A DNA stretch of 47,923 nucleotides from an uncultured Bacilli bacterium (GCA_947600335.1 CANQGB010000003.1:1-47923); one strand, 5' to 3'; positions 31,101-39,835 are shown, counted from the first letter of the stretch. Translations and numbers: made by a program. Notes: generated from the sequence alone by a model not told the origin.

Positions 31101-34100
31101 TATCCTTTAATACCTCGATTTGAACTTGATTATTTTCTTTAATTTCTAAATGTTTATAATTTTCTAAAACAATAGATTCAATTTTAATATCTTTTACTCC
31201 AGCTTCTTTATAACCATCAATTATAACTTTATAACGGTTATTTTCAGATTCTAAAGTATATAATTTACCATTAATTATAGCTTCAATTGGCTTAAACATA
31301 CTAATATTAGTACTAGCAAAAGATAATTCAATTTTCTCATCTTTAGCCAAATATTTTTTCGTTGTAATATCAAAAACTTTTAATTGATAATCAGATATTA
31401 ACTCGACAATTTCACTTGCTAAAACCTCACGATATTGATTTTCCTTATCCTCTTTATTGGTATCTCTATCATATTCAATTTCCATCTTTAAACTATATGG
31501 TTCAGCATTATCAACCGCGAAAGTTACACTATGAGAACCAGGTTCAATAGCTTGAGTCTTAACTGACTTATCACTATTTTTCGTAAGAATAGCTTCTCCA
31601 CTTACAAAACTATCATCATTATCAGTTAATGTATAATAAATCGTTACCGTACTATCATCTGTATTATCTTCTTGATCATCAATAGTTATAGTTGGTTTAT
31701 CTTTTAATACTTCGATTTGAACATTATTTTGGCTAGTTATTTCAACACCATCACTATAAATAAATTTTTTCGCTTTTAATTCTTTAACTCCAGCTGTTCT
31801 AGTAGCCTCTTCTAAAATTACTTGATATAAATTATCGCTTAATTTTATAGCAATACATTCTTCATTATTTACTAAGATTCTAGCAATATCTTCTGATTTA
31901 TTAGTATTTACTCTATAAGTAAGAGCTACTTTTTCACCTTTATTAAAATATACTTTTTCCGTTTTAACCTCTTCAATATCTAAACGTGTTTGTGCAGTAA
32001 CCTCTTTAGTAACAACTAATTCTTCACCACCAACTGCATCCTCAAGACAACTGTAAGAAGCAATTACTTTAACATAATATTTCTCAGTAACTTCTGTTGG
32101 TAAATCCCTATTAAATTGTTTATTTTCAATCTCTTCTTCAGTAAATACGTATCTCGTAATTTCCTCATTATTAGCATTAAATAAAATTACATTAACCCCT
32201 AAAATAGTTTTATCATAGTCGGTTATATCAAATTGAACATTCAATAAATTATTAACAATATCCTCATTTGTTTTAATTTCTGAAATAATTGGTGCTCTTT
32301 TGATTATTGTTAATTTAAGAACATTATCATTATCTATTTTAAAACTTTTACCATTGTCTAATATAATTTCTTCTAATTTAAATTCATTTTCGCCTAAATT
32401 TTCAATTCCTTCTTTTACAGTAATTTCATAATGATCTTGAACCTTTTGAATATCATCATATCTATGACCATTTATTATTACAGCACTTGGTTCATGACTT
32501 GTACTATTAGAACTTACAAAGCCAAGTTGGAAAGCAGCATTTTTTTCAATTGCCATTAATTCTTTACCATTTTGATATGCTTTAAAGCTTCCTACTTTAA
32601 ATTGATAATCAATATTAAATTGTAAATCTTTTGTAACTGTTAAAGCCCCCGTATATTTATCTTTATCAGAAAAATCAGCATTTGTTAAATCGTATTCAAC
32701 CACAATATTTGCTTCATACTTTTCACCATCTACCGCTGGAACAGTTACTTTATTTTGACCATTAGTAATATTTTGAACAACTATTTCTTTATCATTTGAA
32801 TCAGTAATTACAATCCTAGCTTTCGTAATACTAGCATCCTTATCATTTAAATCAAAAGTAATATCTAATTCTTCATTTAAGAAATTTTCTCCTACTGACC
32901 AATTCTTAATTTCTGGAATTTCTTTTAATACATCGATATTAACATCTTTAGCTGTTTTAATTACTTTTTCATTATTTAAAATAACTTTTTCAATATTAAT
33001 ATTTTGAATGCCAGCTCTATCACTTGCTTTTAAAACTACTTGATATGTCCCATCGCTTAAAGTCTCAACTTTATAAGTAGTTCCATTAATAACAACATTT
33101 TCTATTGTAGCCCCATAACTAACATCAGCTGCAAATTTCAAAATAACTTCCGCATTTTTTTCATAAGAATAATTATCTAAACTAACATTAGTAAATGTTA
33201 TTTCATAGTCTAAAGTTTTTTCTAATTTTTGCACTAATAAAGTTAAATCGGTAATGGTTATTTTATTATCACCATTCATATCAGCATTTTCTATGTAAGC
33301 TTTATCAATATTTTCAGAATTAATTAAATAAAGTTCTAAAAGCTCAGCATCAGCATAGTTTACCTCATAATCACCATTTAACTCACCAAGTAATGAATAA
33401 TTGACTGCTAAAGCAACCACCGTTCCAACAAATTGTAGAGAAACTAAGCCAATAGTTGTAAAGAATAAGAAACTATGAAGATTAGTCTTATTATTTTTAT
33501 TTTTATTTTTCTTTTTTATAAACCAATAAGCTAAAACTCCTATTTCAAGGGCAATAACACTTATCACTATTACATAACGTATTTCATTCTTTTTACTTAC
33601 TGCTTTTATATCTTCTATTTCAGTTTTTTCATTTTTATTTGTATTTCTATCATTAGTTGTTGAACTATCCCCACTATTAACATTATTTTCAGTTTTGTTA
33701 TCTTTGTTATCAGTATTATTAGTATTATCATCTGTTCCAATTGTTGGAATAGTTTCTTGAACCTTTATGGCTGAGATAACGGCCTTTTCATTAAAAACAT
33801 TTAAATCTGCTTTACCTTCTGATACCGCTACATCGGCAAAAGTTACTTCCGTATCTTGGGGTAAAATATTATCCCTAACTTTTAAACGAATTTGAACAAT
33901 TTCACTTGGATCTTTAACTCCAACCCGATTAATAGCCACTAATTCTTGGGTATTCGGATTATATTTTAAAGATTCCCACCCATTTAAAGAAATAAAATCA
34001 CTTTGATATACTTTTTCAAAAATGTTTTCATCATAGACCAAAGTAGCTTTATATGCATTAATACCCTTTTCAACATCATTAAAAGTATGCATTTTAAAGG

Positions 34101-34239
34101 TAATTAAAATTTCTTCACCACTTTTAACTTCATAAGAGTTACTAACTGCACTTGCCTTTATTTCAGTTTTGGCCTCGGCTTGTATAAAAGGAACCAAAAC
34201 CCCTAATATTATAAATAGTTTAATTATTGACTTCTTCAT
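25144..34239 (-). CDS. Giant surface zinc metallopeptidase of the M26 (ZmpA/B/C, IgA1 protease) family with N-terminal cohesin-like and dockerin domains
   Basis: Signal peptide; cohesin-like domain; two TM segments; duplicated dockerin Ca loops (ELNGDYEVNYAD, DMNGDNKITITD); AYHNMYKLMPFY; FTHEAIHNQD HEXXH at 28066-28080 with downstream AEYF; GLUG-like beta-helix modules. Confidence 0.85.
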   Translation of the reverse strand: MKKSIIKLFIILGVLVPFIQAEAKTEIKASAVSNSYEVKSGEEILITFKMHTFNDVEKGINAYKATLVYDENIFEKVYQSDFISLNGWESLKYNPNTQELVAINRVGVKDPSEIVQIRLKVRDNILPQDTEVTFADVAVSEGKADLNVFNEKAVISAIKVQETIPTIGTDDNTNNTDNKDNKTENNVNSGDSSTTNDRNTNKNEKTEIEDIKAVSKKNEIRYVIVISVIALEIGVLAYWFIKKKNKNKNNKTNLHSFLFFTTIGLVSLQFVGTVVALAVNYSLLGELNGDYEVNYADAELLELYLINSENIDKAYIENADMNGDNKITITDLTLLVQKLEKTLDYEITFTNVSLDNYSYEKNAEVILKFAADVSYGATIENVVINGTTYKVETLSDGTYQVVLKASDRAGIQNINIEKVILNNEKVIKTAKDVNIDVLKEIPEIKNWSVGENFLNEELDITFDLNDKDASITKARIVITDSNDKEIVVQNITNGQNKVTVPAVDGEKYEANIVVEYDLTNADFSDKDKYTGALTVTKDLQFNIDYQFKVGSFKAYQNGKELMAIEKNAAFQLGFVSSNSTSHEPSAVIINGHRYDDIQKVQDHYEITVKEGIENLGENEFKLEEIILDNGKSFKIDNDNVLKLTIIKRAPIISEIKTNEDIVNNLLNVQFDITDYDKTILGVNVILFNANNEEITRYVFTEEEIENKQFNRDLPTEVTEKYYVKVIASYSCLEDAVGGEELVVTKEVTAQTRLDIEEVKTEKVYFNKGEKVALTYRVNTNKSEDIARILVNNEECIAIKLSDNLYQVILEEATRTAGVKELKAKKFIYSDGVEITSQNNVQIEVLKDKPTITIDDQEDNTDDSTVTIYYTLTDNDDSFVSGEAILTKNSDKSVKTQAIEPGSHSVTFAVDNAEPYSLKMEIEYDRDTNKEDKENQYREVLASEIVELISDYQLKVFDITTKKYLAKDEKIELSFASTNISMFKPIEAIINGKLYTLESENNRYKVIIDGYKEAGVKDIKIESIVLENYKHLEIKENNQVQIEVLKDKPKATNFGYTENEDSTITAKFNLENTDNSFTKGKIDVLNEQGVVVANDDVIVGENTLTFKKTTSEYYIFKVFVDYDLDTNTLENGKNEITNELILSEEMNIGERFLEMKNVLGMTLFTQKGNKVEKISNVNIADLQDLSKYIVQVNLKDDRDFYTTIKDYKIEDGLLKFILDYDNVVQYNGNSRINQLEITFGSINGDIASNIDVDTLIELIKQDPDGSYKVNADFDAKNITSGKAIIPQEFTGTIDFQGHTIKNMSIPLFDSLKDATIENLVIIDSRANANGLLANNITNATIKNVHMKNVQLSTINDAGSGLFGGIIKNSQLENISATNVNVGSAKRLGGIVGMMYTTTIKNGFISGTLNANNDAVGGVVGEAYDNSIIENFYTNVMTNYNGKGGSRGGFVGHPKGLTLTNCISLSQAKLDGYGLKVYGSYQNSKISDKSTKVYELSTSNMVSQENIQGIKVVTPEQLKTKEFYTKTLGWSEDVWDLSQVSSGQYPTLKAYQNTDNAKMESNTVDGIFIPDLARIKNLANYDATRNIAYHNMYKLMPFYDAKYYVEDGNILDVNHILNTKVIKDVYAYDANGNQVVALAQNNKSTIKTIRVIFEDDDTAVYHVSLKDSGDRIAVYDINELDIDYMYSKYLINTKSKVYSYIVDRIKKLNYVNNIASLTSETESRIFVENYAHVKDNADSFALKLLANVDEYSISVLNEILENKVIQDLENNYTLEKLLYAYNYYDRFYNIQIGGINISDIVYFDGNIFSDKLNPLSVSLTMVDMASDKERMINEESKLPSYFNKYIKPLTNDLSVGPFIEYFIKNLTIDKYKNDPASWIVDNYSGTVYEAQAERHPEIRYRVWDHLKARDLLILPILSYHGEDLYILGIPTCIMVGNLDEHEYLNALGKATFAETTKAERMTLLTQFADKATKFYDSIAGVTSEKGYGNMVSRTMINYDKTSNKNWSNEENVKPVYKAFFEVLNKYTVHSAASAYANGTDIYWIYSALTFYSIFTHEAIHNQDGNTFLDGTGRRAGANAEYFTDGFLTQGAGEYGIVPNYTYDYNFDTNIATNFNFERINTREEIEDFYKKMFDVYAALDYLEAQVFLKLTPEEQSKIARVVEETSTDVKLNDKETITNISTKLVTKTAEDFKKMKLKNISDLWDNKIVIPREGTSLLGSANWYVVHNDNGLVEKGNWTLIAYQMLADFGYDGYSAYAGWGYKTDLEALKAVSNYKNWKEYQLDRYKKIEEKLNNSTYLNKDTLMKEIETKVKNDIANNVQNSKTSSMAIFRQMIYGHIKRITNDFESDIFNTNVDKIHIKNAEDFRNLIESNLHGEFILDNDIDVSSITEGNAIIREAFYGSLDGNNHIITGIKLPLFAKLTYASVTNLNIENASIITAEIDCGALAKVISNSQITNVAANNINITTSAKQAGGLIGSASRSYMKNVHINTVNVSGTDRTGGLTGYGTQMIVEECSSNGNVDATGNAVGGFFGQFDNSIATNSYALGTIKGHNDVGGFVGWAEGSTVIKNCLSKVDVTATGAMGGGFIGQILNTGRIENSISLGNGTHAYKFDGRSGKDMFNNFKNNYELEEPFGLSTLNRTDVDSFKDKITSIRTNGLTNNFYTNTLGWDANIWNLSKVESGKLPSLNSKLDTNSDINIINKIEIATVDDFLKISDAPDKYYELTADLDFEGRTFTNIFGIDAIIIETFTGKLEGNNYTIKNLKGYTLFNDFEGSVSNLRIKDFTNIKPNAGEWENVSAFANNSNGATFKNMRFENITLEGKHRVAPVVAVDDKNSAFENISVVNAKVKGTGVYISTFIGRKYGGSIKNVYVEGTIECFNTENGGIVGALQLGGLVENVVSKVDVIKTSDNRNKADSIYNAGFVGNIYNAPRIKNSIAFGKMTGYTKNDEDFVPYKFTGTVESTILNTLENCYEYAGAIGFSRVTDATKGKLDVATEKNVHDKNFYKDTLHFDETIWNLDTVSSNGYPTLK

Positions 34240-34282
34240 AACTATCCCCCTAATTTACTGCATTAAAATTTAATTTGTAACT

Positions 34283-34310
34283 ATTCTACCATAAAATTAC
34301 GAATTTACAA
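34283..34310 (-). promoter_or_regulatory. Promoter of the peptidase gene
   Basis: TTGTAA-N16-TAGAAT with extended TG. Confidence 0.55.
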
Positions 34311-34395
34311 GCATTTTATTTCTTAAACGTTACTCCTTAATTATACCAATAACTTAAATATTTTAATACATTTATAAATCATTTTACATTCAATT

Positions 34396-35982
34396 TTATG
34401 GCCTTTTAAATCTTTTAATTATATTTTCAGCCACTTGTATTCCATCTATCGCCGAAGTTGTAATTCCACCCGCATAACCAGCACCCTCACCACAAGGATA
34501 AATACCTTTTACATTGCTTTCATAAGAATCATCCCGGATAATTCGAATTGGTGAAGAAGTTCGACTTTCAATTGCCGCTAAAACTACATCATCTGCATCA
34601 AAGACTTTAATTTTTTTACCAAATTCAGGAATAGCTTCTAATAATGCTTGAACCATAAAATCAGGTAAAATCCCTCTTAGATTAGCCAGTTCATAATTAC
34701 CTTTCATTTTAGGCATTATTTCCCCAATCCTTTGAGACTTACGATTCATTTTAAAGTCTTGCCATAATTGCACAGGTATTTTTCCCTGACACAACCCCCA
34801 GACCTTCGCTTCTAAATCACGTTGAAATTCTACTCCAGCCAAAAGATAATCAGGATAATCTTCTGGACTTACAGTTATCACAATCGCACTATTGGCAATT
34901 CCACTATCTCTTTTGTAATAACTCATTCCGTTAATAGCTAATCTCTTTTGTTCACTTGAAGCATTGACTACATAACCACCGGGGCACATACAAAATGAAT
35001 AAACTCCCCGCTTTTCTTTCGTTGTATAAGTCACTTTATAACTGGCATTACCTAAAAACTTAGCATATTTCCCAAATTGATTCACATTAATATCTTCTTG
35101 CTTATGCATAATTCTAATTCCTACGGCAAAAGGTTTATTAATCATCGCTAAATCATGTTCTTTTAGCATATAAAATGTATCTCTAGCACTATGGCCAATC
35201 GCTAAAACTAAGACATTACAAGCAATTTTTTCATTATCATTGACAATAATTTGTTCTAACTTTCCATTTTTAATCACTAAATCTGTTAATTGAGTTTGAT
35301 AACGAATTTCTCCACCCATTTCAATTATTTTTTTCCGCATATTTACCACGACTTTTCTTAAAATATCCGTACCAATATGGGGATTATACTCATACATAAT
35401 CTCAGCCGGTGCACCACATTCAACTAAGATTTCTAGCACTTTCTTGCCTAAATGTCTTTTATCTTTCACCAATGTATTTAACTTTCCATCCGAAAAAGTA
35501 CCAGCTCCTCCTTCACCAAATTGCACATTGCTATTAACATTTAATTTCCCAGTTTGCCAAAAATCTTCGACATCAATGCTTCTTTCTTCCACTTTTTTTC
35601 CGCGTTCAATAACTAAAGGTTTATAGCCAGCCCAAGCCAACATATAAGCCGTAAACAAACCAGCTGGGCCACTTCCTACAACCACAATTCTATTTAAAAG
35701 TTCTTCATTACCTGACTGAGCCATTTGATATTCTTCATTTAGGACTACTAAAATATCTTCAGAATTCCACTTTTTTTCCATTAATTCAGCATTTTTAACC
35801 TCTAAATCAATTTCATAAACAAAATATATTTGCTTTTTATCTCTAGCATCCAAAGATTTTTTATTGATTTTAATATCTTCAATCTCACTAAAAGGAATTT
35901 GGAGTTTTTGAGCCACCTTTTTTTGTAAATACTCGGGACTATCTTTTAAAACCGGCACTTTAATTTGTCTAACTCTAATCAT
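34396..35982 (-). CDS. FAD-dependent oxidoreductase (COG2509-type)
   Basis: VVGSGPAG, FGEGGAGTFSDGKL, FCMCPGG, GEGAGYAGGI. Confidence 0.9.
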   Translation of the reverse strand: MIRVRQIKVPVLKDSPEYLQKKVAQKLQIPFSEIEDIKINKKSLDARDKKQIYFVYEIDLEVKNAELMEKKWNSEDILVVLNEEYQMAQSGNEELLNRIVVVGSGPAGLFTAYMLAWAGYKPLVIERGKKVEERSIDVEDFWQTGKLNVNSNVQFGEGGAGTFSDGKLNTLVKDKRHLGKKVLEILVECGAPAEIMYEYNPHIGTDILRKVVVNMRKKIIEMGGEIRYQTQLTDLVIKNGKLEQIIVNDNEKIACNVLVLAIGHSARDTFYMLKEHDLAMINKPFAVGIRIMHKQEDINVNQFGKYAKFLGNASYKVTYTTKEKRGVYSFCMCPGGYVVNASSEQKRLAINGMSYYKRDSGIANSAIVITVSPEDYPDYLLAGVEFQRDLEAKVWGLCQGKIPVQLWQDFKMNRKSQRIGEIMPKMKGNYELANLRGILPDFMVQALLEAIPEFGKKIKVFDADDVVLAAIESRTSSPIRIIRDDSYESNVKGIYPCGEGAGYAGGITTSAIDGIQVAENIIKRFKRP

Positions 35983-37183
35983 TACTTATACTCTCCCCAG
36001 CTAGAATACCACTCATCCAAGCAAAACCTAAATTGTAACCACCACAATCACCATCAACATCGACAATTTCTCCGATTAAATACAAGCTTTTTACTTTCAA
36101 AGATTCCATAGTTTTAACATTTATCTCGGTTAATGGAATGCCCCCACTACAAACTTGAGCACTATCAAAATCATTAGTTCCTGCTACTAAAAAAGGAAAA
36201 CTTAGAATCATTTTAGCTAATCCCCGCTTATCCACATCGCTCCATTTAACATCAACTGGCACTTTTGCTAATTTCAAAACTAAATTGACTATCTTATAGT
36301 TTAAAAAGCCCTCTAATATATTACTTAAATTATATTTATTTAATTTTTGTTCTTGTTCGTCCATAAATGCTATAAAATCATCAATATTGCCCTTAAACCA
36401 AGGCACAAAATTAATTTCGATTACTTCTTTTTTCTTTTGGACTAAACCTTTAGCCACCAAACCACTTAAATTAAAGGTACAAATACCACTTAAGCCATAA
36501 TCGGTAAACTGTACTTCACCATGTTCCGATTTAATTACTTTATCATTTTCTTTTAATTTTAAAACAACCTCGCTTCTTACCCCAGCCCAATCTTTATAAA
36601 AATTATCTTGACCTTTTAATTGAACTAAAGATGGTAAAACCTCTACCAATGAATGACCTAAACTTTGTGCTAAATTATAGCCATTTCCATCACTACCGGT
36701 CTTACTAGCGGCTTTGCCACCCGTTGCTAATATAACTTTTTTAGCAGTATAAACATTCTTCGTAGTTTTAACCACAAACTTATCCTCTTTTTTAATATCT
36801 ACAACATACTCATCTAAAACAAAATTTACTTTTAAGTTATGAGCCGTATTTAAAAGCACATTCAATAAACTAACTGCTTGATTAGAATAGGGATAATAAT
36901 AACCATTAATCACTTTTGAAACTAAACCCAAACTATCTAAAAAAGGTAGAACTTTATCTTTACCATTTAACCATATCTGTTCCCCTAAACGAATATCCTT
37001 TGAATGATACTTATCAATACTTTGCAATTCATTCCAATAATTAGCCCGACCATTACCTGTTAACAATATTTTTTTCCCACATTTGTTATTTCTTTCAATA
37101 ATCGTTACTTTAAATCCTCGCCTAGCTAAAACAATTCCCGCAGTCAAACCAGAGGCTCCACCACCTACAATAATTACATCCAT
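35975..37183 (-). CDS. HI0933/YhiN/BaiN-family flavoprotein
   Basis: IVGGGASG, GKKILLTGNGR.N, LATGG...TGSDG.GY, GE..DVDG.CGGYNL..AW.SG. Confidence 0.92.
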   Translation of the reverse strand: MDVIIVGGGASGLTAGIVLARRGFKVTIIERNNKCGKKILLTGNGRANYWNELQSIDKYHSKDIRLGEQIWLNGKDKVLPFLDSLGLVSKVINGYYYPYSNQAVSLLNVLLNTAHNLKVNFVLDEYVVDIKKEDKFVVKTTKNVYTAKKVILATGGKAASKTGSDGNGYNLAQSLGHSLVEVLPSLVQLKGQDNFYKDWAGVRSEVVLKLKENDKVIKSEHGEVQFTDYGLSGICTFNLSGLVAKGLVQKKKEVIEINFVPWFKGNIDDFIAFMDEQEQKLNKYNLSNILEGFLNYKIVNLVLKLAKVPVDVKWSDVDKRGLAKMILSFPFLVAGTNDFDSAQVCSGGIPLTEINVKTMESLKVKSLYLIGEIVDVDGDCGGYNLGFAWMSGILAGESISND

Positions 37184-37275
37184 AATAATTCACCAATTCA
37201 ATTATAACAAAAATCTAGTGCTTTTTAAATTTTCGTGATATAATTCATACATGTATTTAAGGGAGGTGCACTTAA

Positions 37276-37401
37276 TTGAAAACTTTAAAGAAAAACTTAC
37301 CTGATGGCGTAAAAAAGAAATTTTCCACTGTAAAAGGAGTTAAAGTAAGACTTATTAATAAAAACTTAAAGAAAAATAAACCTAAAAAAGAAACTAAATA
37401 A
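37276..37401 (+). CDS. Uncalled 41-aa highly basic small protein
   Basis: TGATATAAT promoter, GGGAGGTG RBS, TTG start, MKTLKKNLPDGVKKKFSTVKGVKVRLINKNLKKNKPKKETK, terminator over the stop. Confidence 0.65.
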   Translation: MKTLKKNLPDGVKKKFSTVKGVKVRLINKNLKKNKPKKETK

Positions 37402-37421
37402 AACAAGGTATTTAGTTTTTT
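37391..37421 (+). terminator. Intrinsic terminator of the small basic gene
   Basis: AAACTAAATA-N8-TATTTAGTTT followed by T. Confidence 0.6.
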
Positions 37422-37484
37422 TATTGCCATATTTTCTTTTCCATAATATAATATGCTAGAATTTTTTAAAGGTGCGGTGAAATC

Positions 37485-38144
37485 ATGAATTTTTGGGAAA
37501 ATATAGATTACAATCAATCTTATTTATATACTAACAATCTCTCATATCCTAATTTTATGCAAAGTATATATATAACTAAATCTTTTGATAAACAAAATAA
37601 CAAAGACTTATATTATTTAAGAGCTTATGCTAATAATAATCATGACTTAATCGACCAAGGCTATCTTTACTTTACTATTAATTTAAAGAATAAAGAAAGC
37701 AAATACATTGGTACTTATGTTAATCCTAAATACCGTAACCTAGGCATTGGTTCTTTATTACTTGCCACTTGGATTCAACTATGTTTAAATAATAACTTAG
37801 AATATTTATGTGCTAATCGTAAACAAAGAAAGCCATTTTTACTCTATCTTTTAAAAACTTTTAAATTTGAACTTGATAATCCCTCCCTTTATTTAACTCA
37901 TTCTAAAACAATCTATATCTGTCAAAACTATTTTAACAATGAAAAAGCCCTTTTATTTAAAAATAATAAAGAAAAAGAAGTTTTTCAAAATTGTAAATTA
38001 TTTAAAATGGATAATTATCTAATACTTGATAGTTTAGATAATTCGGCCCAAATTATTGACCAAATAATCCCCGTGTTAGTATATAAAGCCCACGATAATG
38101 AAGCAACTTTTAAACATGCTCTTAAAATTTTTAACCAACATTAA
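37485..38144 (+). CDS. GNAT-like acetyltransferase domain protein
   Basis: YVNPKYRNLGIGSLLL acetyl-CoA motif A. The rest is unrecognised. Confidence 0.6.
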   Translation: MNFWENIDYNQSYLYTNNLSYPNFMQSIYITKSFDKQNNKDLYYLRAYANNNHDLIDQGYLYFTINLKNKESKYIGTYVNPKYRNLGIGSLLLATWIQLCLNNNLEYLCANRKQRKPFLLYLLKTFKFELDNPSLYLTHSKTIYICQNYFNNEKALLFKNNKEKEVFQNCKLFKMDNYLILDSLDNSAQIIDQIIPVLVYKAHDNEATFKHALKIFNQH

Positions 38145-38202
38145 TTGTTAGTTTTTTTATAAATTTTACTTTTTCTGCCACAATAAAAATAGGTGAAAAA
38201 GC

Positions 38203-39009
38203 ATGACCAAACATTACAATTATAAATCTATCATCTTTTTAGCTATTGCCATTGTATTTTTAGGTTTCTCCCTCATTAACTTATATGAATGGTTTACTGA
38301 TAACCAAAAAACTAAAATAATAGAAACTCATATAAATATCACTCCCAAAGAAGAACATCCAAATAATGACAACTTAATCTTAATCAATCCTCCAGAAAAT
38401 CTAAGTGACCCTTACTGGCTTTATCAAGATACGCCTTTTTTAAATATCGATTTTACGCCTTTAATTGCGGAAAATAGAAACACCCAGGCTTGGATTCAAG
38501 TAAATGGTACTAAAATAGACTACCCTGTCGTTCAAACAACCGATAATGAATATTACTTAACCCATTCTTTTGATAATACTTTTAATAAAGCGGGTTGGAT
38601 TTTTGCTGATTTTCGCAACAACTTTATAAACTTAAACAACAATACAATTATATATGGTCATCGTCGCTTAAATGATTCCATGTTTGGTAGTTTAAAATAT
38701 GTCCTAACCGATGAATGGTTTAACAATCAAAATAATCATTTAGTTAAAATATCGACACCTACTAATAATACCATTTGGCAAATCTTTAGTGTCTATGCCA
38801 TACCCGCCGAAAGTTACTATCTCACAGCCTTTTTTCCTAACAATTTAGAATATCAAAACTTTTTACAAGCCATCACCAAGCACAGTAAATACGACTTTGG
38901 TACTACCATTAACTATCAAGATAAAATTCTTACTCTTTCTTCTTGCCAAGATGATTTAGGCAACCGCATCGTAGTTCATGCTAAATTAATCAAAAAAGAA
39001 ACTCGGTAA
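38203..39009 (+). CDS. srtB: Class B sortase
   Basis: N-terminal TM, IDYPVVQ..DNEYYL.H, IIYGH, MFGSL, ILTLSSC, RIVVHAK. Confidence 0.9.
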   Translation: MTKHYNYKSIIFLAIAIVFLGFSLINLYEWFTDNQKTKIIETHINITPKEEHPNNDNLILINPPENLSDPYWLYQDTPFLNIDFTPLIAENRNTQAWIQVNGTKIDYPVVQTTDNEYYLTHSFDNTFNKAGWIFADFRNNFINLNNNTIIYGHRRLNDSMFGSLKYVLTDEWFNNQNNHLVKISTPTNNTIWQIFSVYAIPAESYYLTAFFPNNLEYQNFLQAITKHSKYDFGTTINYQDKILTLSSCQDDLGNRIVVHAKLIKKETR

Positions 39010-39030
39010 TCAATCATACCGAGATTCTTT
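38995..39030. terminator. Bidirectional terminator between srtB and its convergent neighbour
   Basis: AAGAAACTCGGTA-N8-TACCGAGATTCTT. Confidence 0.7.
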
Positions 39031-39766
39031 AAATATACAATTTTTTTAAATTATAGAAAACTGTTCCTAATCCCATCGTACCAATTAAAAGACTTAATCC
39101 GATATAGTCAGCAGTTTGTGGATTAGTTGGAGTTTCAAACATATTTAATACTTCTTGTAAAACTAATTCATCACCTGAATTAATTGTTCTAATCATTCCA
39201 TTCATTTCTATAATAGCATCCTTAGAATCATCAGGAACCCATAAAGTTGGAGCATTTTCTTTTTCTGTTGTATTTACAATCTTAGTATCATTATCCATTT
39301 TTAAATGCGATACTTCTGTAACTCCTTTACCTTGAGATAATTCTATTCCTCCAAAACCATTACCAGATACATCAATAGTTCCTTCTAATTTAATAGTACC
39401 TCCATTTACTAATAAAGCTGCATTACCTCCTGTTAACTTAATATTCCGGAAAGTAGCTTGCGTTTTATAAACTTGGAAAATATAAATTCCACTCCAAATT
39501 TTATTATCGCTAGAACCATTATCACCAAAAGTACCAACATACTTAACTGTATGACCTTTACCATCAATAACTACTGGTCTTAAAATATTAATTTTTTCCG
39601 TTGTATTAATATCTTCGCCAAGAATTATTTCGGTTACTTCATTATTACTTAAAGCTGACTTTAAATCTGCTTGATTATGAACAGTCACACTACTAGCTGC
39701 CTTAACTTTCAAAAATGGAACGACTAATAACATTATAAATATACTTAAAAAAATTGACTTTTTCAT
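39029..39766 (-). CDS. Secreted beta-helix (pectin-lyase-like) surface protein with NPQTA sorting signal
   Basis: Signal peptide ending VKA, DLKSAL...IILGEDI beta-helix start, C-terminal NPQTAD plus TM plus KK. Confidence 0.75.
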   Translation of the reverse strand: MKKSIFLSIFIMLLVVPFLKVKAASSVTVHNQADLKSALSNNEVTEIILGEDINTTEKINILRPVVIDGKGHTVKYVGTFGDNGSSDNKIWSGIYIFQVYKTQATFRNIKLTGGNAALLVNGGTIKLEGTIDVSGNGFGGIELSQGKGVTEVSHLKMDNDTKIVNTTEKENAPTLWVPDDSKDAIIEMNGMIRTINSGDELVLQEVLNMFETPTNPQTADYIGLSLLIGTMGLGTVFYNLKKLYI

Positions 39767-39835
39767 ATATATCTCCTTTCTAAAATTAGTATGTTTAAAA
39801 ATAAAGGAAATATACCAAAAATTGTCGAATTTTGT

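Noticed and set aside
37276-37401. Ribosomal protein L28, L32, L33 or L34 assignment
   Set aside because: Small and basic, but none of the family motifs is present.
37272-37517. ORF-track 81-aa minus-strand ORF
   Set aside because: Antisense shadow. Promoter, RBS and terminator all support the plus-strand 41-aa gene.
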